Below the pieces are notes generated by a model. The model searched no databases and was not told the DNA's origin. It saw only the letters and a program-made list of their open reading frames with translations. A DNA stretch of 64,000 bases from Octopus vulgaris (Eukaryota), in contig OX597835.1 of the NCBI GenBank assembly GCA_951406725.2, forward strand, positions 25,854,001 through 25,918,000, in the 5' to 3' direction. Below are positions 56,012 through 64,000 of the stretch, piece after piece (within the stretch, counting starts at the first letter, position 1; the number at the start of each line of letters is the position of its first letter). The translations under genes and the position numbers were made by a program.

Positions 56012-56918
56012 ATTTCATTACTATTCTAATGTTTTTTATGTTGTTCTAATTACCATTTTGATAGTAATTTTTAAAAAATATTTTACATTCTTTTTTGGTT
56101 TTTGAACCTATTGTTGGTGCTGATGCCGTTTTTTTTTGGTCATTTTAGCTGTTGATGCTATTCTAAAATCATTGGTCGGCGATTCAATTGCTTATTGAGG
56201 TTGTTGTTGTTGTTATTGTTGTTATTGTTATTATTCCAATTCCTTAAGGTGTTGTAGAGATTATTGCTCTCATGTTCTTAAACCTTGATTTCGTTCATGT
56301 TATTGGTTTTGTTGTTCCACCTGTTGCTGTTTTTTCTTTAATATTTGATGTCTTATTCTTGTGTCGCAATGTTTTTTTTTATATATCCTTGTATTTGTTT
56401 TCCTCCTCGTTGTTGAATATTTCATCTATGGCTCAACTTGGACTAACTTAAAATTAGACGATCAAAGAAAAGCTTTTTACATAATGCTCTAACTGCCATT
56501 ATGGCTACCAACATCTGAGAAGCTCTAATCTTGGCGACACAGGCCCCTATCATTATTATACTGCATTCATTTAATCGCAATTTTTTAAAAATCTCCGTCA
56601 ATAACTTTCTTCCAACTTTATGATATTTTTGATATTTCAACATCAAAGATTCAGAATTTGTAAAAATTATATTCTTAATTTTCTGTATTTTTTTTGGTTT
56701 ATTAATCAGAACACATTACAATCCTTGACAGATTTATAGCTACTTCTACTTTTAGGCATGGCTGTGCGGTTAAGAATCCCGCTCTGTAACCATGTTGTTA
56801 CGCGTTTAGTCCCATTGTGCGGCATCTTGGTGATAGTATCTTCTACTATAGCGCTCGGTCGACCAATCGACTAATCTATAACTAGTGAATTTTGTAGACA
56901 CTGTGTGGAAGACCGTCA

Positions 56919-57016
<98 letters not shown>

Positions 57017-57169
57017 GAGTCGGCAAAGTGTTTCCAATTTATTTTCCTTGCTGAAACTCAATTTTACTTCCATTTAAAGTTCCCTCATACGCGCTCTCCT
57101 TATCTCAACGCTGAGACATTTGACGACGCTCACGCATTCAAAGCTCATAACTCATTACTGACTGACTGC

Positions 57170-57980
57170 CTGACTTACTCACAAACTCACTCACTCACGC
57201 ATTCACTCACTCACGCATCACTCAGTCACTCAGTCAGTCAGTCAGTCAGTCAGTCAGTCAGTCAGTTACTCACTCACTCACTCATGCATTCACTCACTCA
57301 CTCACTCACTCACTCACTCACTCACTCACTCACTCACTCACTCACTCACTCACTCACTCACTCACTCACTCACTCACTCACTCACTCACTCACTCACTCG
57401 CTTGCTCACTCACTCATTCACTCACTCACTCATTCGCTCGCTCTCACTCACTCACCAACTCTCCTACTCACTCGCTCATTCCTTCACTCACTCACTCAAT
57501 TACTCGCTCGCTCAGTCACTCACTCATACACTCACTGACTGTCACTCACCACTCACTCACTCACTCACTCACTCACTCGCTTGCTCACTCACTCATTCAC
57601 TCACTCACTCATTCGCTCGCTCTCACTCACTCACCAACTCTCCTACTCACTCGCTCATTCCTTCACTCACTCACTCAATTACTCGCTCGCTCAGTCACTC
57701 ACTCATACACTCACTGACTGTCACTCACCACTCACTCACTCACTCACTCACTCACTCATTCACTCGCTCACTCACTCAATCACTCACTAGCGCATTCACT
57801 CACTCACACGTTCACTGTCTCTGTCACTCACCACTCACTCACTCACTCACTCACTCACTCACTCCCTCACTCCCTCATTCACTCGCTCACTCACTCACTA
57901 GCGCATTCACTCACTCACACGCTCACTGTCTCTGTCGCTCACCACTCACTCACTCACTCACTCACTCACTCATCCACTCC
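57170..57980. repeat. (CTCA)n-derived array with higher-order tandem duplications (179 bp and 111 bp)
   Basis: cgcttgctc at 57399 and 57578; ctagcgcattc at 57787 and 57898. Confidence 0.9.
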
Positions 57981-58836
57981 TAAACTCCCTCCCTCCCTCC
58001 ATTACTAGCTCCATTCCTCCATCCCTCTTTGTACTCCCACTTCCCTCCCACCTCCCCCTCACCTCCTACTCATTCACTCCCTCATTGAATGCATTCTTTG
58101 AATATTCCCTCACGTAATGCCAGTTTAGAACCTCCAATTGGCTCAGCGCAGACAAAGACATACATCTAAACCGTACGAAATTCAGAGAAAGTAGCCACCA
58201 TTCACTATATTATTATATTACATTTTATCACGTTATACTTCATCATCACAATCATATCAATTATATACATCGCTGATATGGATGACTATAATATCAAACA
58301 TAAATATCCTTGATATCAAGAAATATAGCACAGCACATTATTTCCTAAAAAACGTATATACGGGTGTGGGAGAAAGATTAAGATCAGTATCGCTCTCTGC
58401 GGAAAAATAAATATGCTATAGCAGAGATGAATGATTCTTGTAAAGCTGTTTAATTAACTTAAAACCCTGAGAGGAACATACAAGGCTCCTTCATTAGACT
58501 TGTCCTTCTTAATATCTGCGTCTTTCTTTTTTTGTCACATTTCCACATTGCTAATTTATTGTGCATTTTTAGAATATGGTTTTGATTTTCTTTTTATTCC
58601 TGTGTAGTGTATGGACACACAGACACACACACACACGCATACACACACACGCGCATAGACCCACACACACACGCATGTATATATGTCTCTCTGCATAACT
58701 ATATACTTACATATATACACACACACATATACATATACAAATGCATATTATATATATTTATATATATATATGTATATATATATACATATATATATACATA
58801 AGTATATATATATATATATATGTATATATATGTGTT

Positions 58837-58910
<74 letters not shown>

Positions 58911-59993
58911 CACACTCTTAAAATCATGCCTCTACACAAGTTTATTAGTTTACATGTTTATATGCATGCATGTATGTGCGGGCATACATAAATATATCAT
59001 ATATGTACTATATATTATGTACATATATGTATATATACACACATGCATTAACATACATATACACATGCATACAATTGTTACTATGCGTATATGCGTTGAT
59101 ATGTATATTACGTATACACAGATATATATTTATGTCCAAGTATATATATATATATATATAAGCGTATACATATATACATATATTATTATATATCTCTCTA
59201 TTTATATATATACATGCACACGCATGCATACATACAAATACACACACACACACACAAAATACACAGAGTCAAACATGCACACATCTATGTTTGCACACAC
59301 TTTGAGGCGGTGTAGGGAAAGTGCAACTAGCTCATATATTTTGGCGCAATTTCTTTCAATTTTTATCACATTCCCTCAAGTATTTGCTGCTAACGGCAAA
59401 TATGGAAGCAGATAAATACGACCGAAAATATACTGTTGTGTAGCCATGGGAAAGTGTGCAAAAATAATAACCTAAGTAATGCTAATAAAGATATAGCATT
59501 TTGTATTGGATATCACATGTGCGCTCTCACATGCATGCGTATATCGACATTATTATACGCCCATAAATCTATAGGAATATATATATATATTTACTTAGAT
59601 GCGCAAATTGATATATATATATATACATATACACTTATATATATATATATATATAAGTGTATATGTATATACATAGATATATAAGTATGAATACATATAT
59701 ATATATTATTATCTTGTATTCATATGTATATATTGTATTTTATTTTATATGTGTGTGTGTATATATATGTATGCATATGAATCTGAATGCTTGTGTTAGT
59801 GTTGTGAATATATAAATTTCTAAATGATAACAATTGTTTATTGATTGAAGGACTCAATACTCGTATAAGAGTAAAACTCCTTAATGTATTACTTCGGCAG
59901 GCATTTAATGTTTCACTTTACCTCTCTTCTCTTAATCTTTCAGTCTACATACATACATACATACATACATACATACGTACGTACATACATACA

Positions 59994-60071
<78 letters not shown>

Positions 60072-60179
60072 AAAGATCCCTTCGATCATGAGTGACTATA
60101 GAACCTAGAAAGTTTTCCTACAAAGCACAATCCGGGCAAGGTTCTTTATGGAGACCCGCAGTCGTCCATGCATACGAGC

Positions 60180-60370
60180 CTCACCTTTCCCTCAGTAAGG
60201 AAAAGGGAAAGATCGATATAGCTTGGCCCCAGTGACGTCGCAACTCATTTCTACTGCTGAGTGAACAGGAAATAAAGTCTCTTACCCAAAAACACAACAC
60301 ACAGCCTGGTCCGGGAATCGAACTCATGATTATGAGCCCGACGCTCTAACCACTGTACCATGCACCTTCA
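60180..60370 (-). mobile_element. SINE with family III-type head, degraded
   Basis: gggaatcgaactcatg..ctaaccactg..atgcaccttca head and aataaagtctctt.ccca core. Confidence 0.65.
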
Positions 60371-60382
60371 TGTCACACACAG

Positions 60383-60427
<45 letters not shown>

Positions 60428-60470
60428 CACACACACACGTACACACTCACACAAAGTGACATACATATAA

Positions 60471-60541
<71 letters not shown>

Positions 60542-60542
<1 letters not shown>

Positions 60543-61035
60543 TAGCAGTATCGCCCGGCGTTGCTCGGGTTTGTAAGGGAAATAACTATATAAGCATTTT
60601 TAGAGAGTTACTTCCCTTATAGATGCCAATTCGGGCTTTCTTAGCCATTTCTGTTTTGGTGTCTTCAAGCCATGAAGTCGTTGTTCTAAAAGAACGCTGG
60701 TCTCCTTGACAACGCATTACGACGTTGATTTCTTTACACCCCCTTCCCCACAGCTTCACGAGGGAGGGAAGGGGGAGAAGCAAACAGGCGCAGCTGTGAC
60801 CGTGGACGCCAACTCCGCCACCATTGACACACGAAAAATTATGCATTAAAATGGAATAAAAAATGATGTTAAATTATTTTTAAAATCGTAGACTCATCGT
60901 TGACGCGCGCTAATAGCCAGATGGGCTCGATATTAATCACGACTATAAGATACCCGAATTTGGTTAAACTGCACCGCAAAATGTGGGAGGAGTTAGGAAT
61001 CAAAATCGAAGGGGACAGACACTCACACAACTACA

Positions 61036-61050
<15 letters not shown>
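60542..61050 (-). mobile_element. Non-autonomous Helitron (3' end shared with 50235-50617)
   Basis: a|ctagcagtatcgcccggcgttgctcgggtttgtaagggaaataactata is the reverse complement of the 50570-50618 end. The 5' end merges into (TA)n. Confidence 0.85.
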
Positions 61051-61107
<57 letters not shown>

Positions 61108-61413
61108 TGTATGTATGTATGTATTCAACTGTATCAGTGCTAAATTTAGGTTAGTTAAAATATGTTTCTGACTTATTTCTCCTAAAGGTAAATTCACTGC
61201 GGTTACCGTGAGAAAGAATTCTCTCTTATGGTAAAATAGGTGTAAAAATACCAGTGCTGCCTCCTACATGATTCTCAGAGGCGTTTCTAGCTCTTTAACT
61301 GTTATCAATGGGAAATACTGAAGAGGTAATTCTGGGCAGATTTTAACGCCGTAACTTTAACTAAAACATAGTCATTAACATTTAGGCATAAACAGATATG
61401 GTGTTTTTACGGA

Positions 61414-61510
<97 letters not shown>

Positions 61511-61521
61511 GTCTGTCTACC

Positions 61522-61580
<59 letters not shown>

Positions 61581-61591
61581 GTCTGTCTACC

Positions 61592-61652
<61 letters not shown>

Positions 61653-62438
61653 GTATCTATGTATCTATGTATCTATCTATCTATCTACCCATCCATCCAC
61701 CCACCCATCCATCCATCCATCCATCCATCCATCCATCCCGCTTGTCTTGCGTTGGCGTTTATGTGTGGCTTAGCCAGCAGATCATTCTCAAAAAGTTCTC
61801 CGACAACACAGTTCAATTTCCTGCCACGACCACCGCTCTGTTATTTTAAAACACACCGTATCTACAACGGGTAGATTATCCAATAGGAAAAACATTGCTT
61901 AAGGCTGAAGGACGTGCTGTGTGGGAAAATATCGCTTCTTTCGCTGCTATTTCTTATCTTTCGATTTATATTTTGTACGGCAATTTGGTAGACATATTTT
62001 AGAATTTGGCAAACATACACACTTCACTGAACAATACATTTGAAGTCGTTGCTGTTGTTATTGTTGTTGTTGTTATTGTTACTGTTGCCGTTGTCGTAGT
62101 TGCGGTTGTTATGAATCCATGATAGAATTCTAGAGATATTTATGTCTGTGGAATGGGAAAGTTATTCAGAGTAATATATTAGGAATGCTAAAGAATCAGT
62201 TTAGAAATACAGGAGTCAAGAATCAAAATGGAAAGGAAGAGTTATAAAGAAGGATAAGTATACGCTATTTTAAAATGGCGGGTATGGTGATATTCTGCTT
62301 CTATTCATTCTTGTGTAAAAACCTAACCAATGGAAAGGACCATTCCACCAAATAGATTCTCATACGTGGGTGTACATACATACATACATACATACATACA
62401 TACATACATACATACATACATACAAACACACACATACA

Positions 62439-62474
<36 letters not shown>

Positions 62475-62584
62475 CATACATACATACATATACAAATAAA
62501 TACATACGTGTACATACATACATATACATACATACACACACAAATATATATATAAATATACAAATGTATATCTATATCTATATC

Positions 62585-62616
<32 letters not shown>

Positions 62617-62835
62617 TTTATGTATGTATATATATATGTATCTATCTATACACTCACACATACACACACACACACATATATATATGAATACATATATACG
62701 TGTTTATCTATCTATTTATCTATATGCAGATTTGGTCATGCGTATGTGTCTCCCTTTCTCCCTATCTCGTACACATATACGCAGGCACGCATGTATAATA
62801 TCAGTGATAAAAATAAATGTCTTGTAGCTAATCAC

Positions 62836-63318
<483 letters not shown>

Positions 63319-63401
63319 TAAGCGATATAACGAAAATATTTATTTGTGGAATAGTTTAACAAAGAGCACAATGAAATTGGTAAAAAAATTCCATTGGAAT
63401 A

Positions 63402-63732
63402 GGATAGGAGCACTCCGTCGGTTACGACGACGAGGGTCCCAGCTGATACGATCAACGGAACAGCCTGCTCGTGAAATTAAAGTGCAAGTGGCTGAGCACT
63501 CCACAGACACGTGTACCCTTAACGTAGTTCTCAGGGAGATTCAGCGTGACACAGAATGTGACAAGGCCGGCCCTTTGAAATACAGGTACAACTCATTTTT
63601 GCCAGCTGAGTGGACTGGAGCAACATGAAATAAAGTGTCTTGCTCAAGGACACAACGCATCGCCTGGAATCGAACTCACGACCTTACAATCGTGAGCCGA
63701 ATGCCCTAACCACTAAGCCACGCGCCTTCACT
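63402..63732 (-). mobile_element. SINE family III, full length, with a ~15-bp TSD
   Basis: A-box TGGCTTAGTGG, B-box GAGTTCGATTCC and core gtgtccttgagcaagacact. TSD aattccattg(g/c)aata at 63387 and 63733. Confidence 0.9.
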
Positions 63733-63861
63733 AATTCCATTGCAATATCAGAGCAATAAACGTATAAAATAAATAGCTGAAACGGAATGAATTGTGTGAA
63801 ACAAACTAATATAAATAGACATTAAAATTAACATATATTGCTCTCTCCTCTCTTCCTGCGT

Positions 63862-63963
<102 letters not shown>

Positions 63964-64000
63964 ACATGTAAGTTCAAAGCATATATAATATCTCTGTGTA

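Noticed and set aside
63660-63730. tRNA gene candidates (also 48893-48960 and 54092-54165)
   Set aside because: A and B boxes are present but there is no complete acceptor stem. They are SINE heads followed by SINE bodies.

Overview
AT-rich, microsatellite-saturated eukaryotic intronic or intergenic DNA. The SINE repertoire and repeat style suggest an octopus (coleoid cephalopod) genome; this is an inference. No host protein-coding gene can be called with confidence, and nearly all ORFs in the track are translations of (TA)n, (CA)n, (TATC)n, (TTA)n and similar repeats. The real content is mobile DNA. (1) A 5'-truncated, nearly intact R4/Dong-type RLE non-LTR retrotransposon (43931-46714) is fused to the 3' end of a second Dong family. 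Five more Dong-type fragments and a ~540-bp non-coding element occur, most sitting in (TAA)n arrays with one polarity. (2) There is a full-length but frameshifted mariner (24498-25752), mariner and Tigger MITEs, two non-autonomous Helitrons, an RTE fragment, many tRNA-headed SINEs and a 5'-truncated 5S rRNA copy. (3) Several Penelope-like terminal fragments carry minimal type-I hammerhead ribozyme folds. These include a canonical pair on opposite strands of a perfect 320-bp palindrome (319-638), a multicopy family whose core has U (once C) instead of A6, and a copy with a compensatory G3-C8 core swap (49749-49798). The hammerhead variants and the TAA-targeting retroelement system are the most interesting signals.
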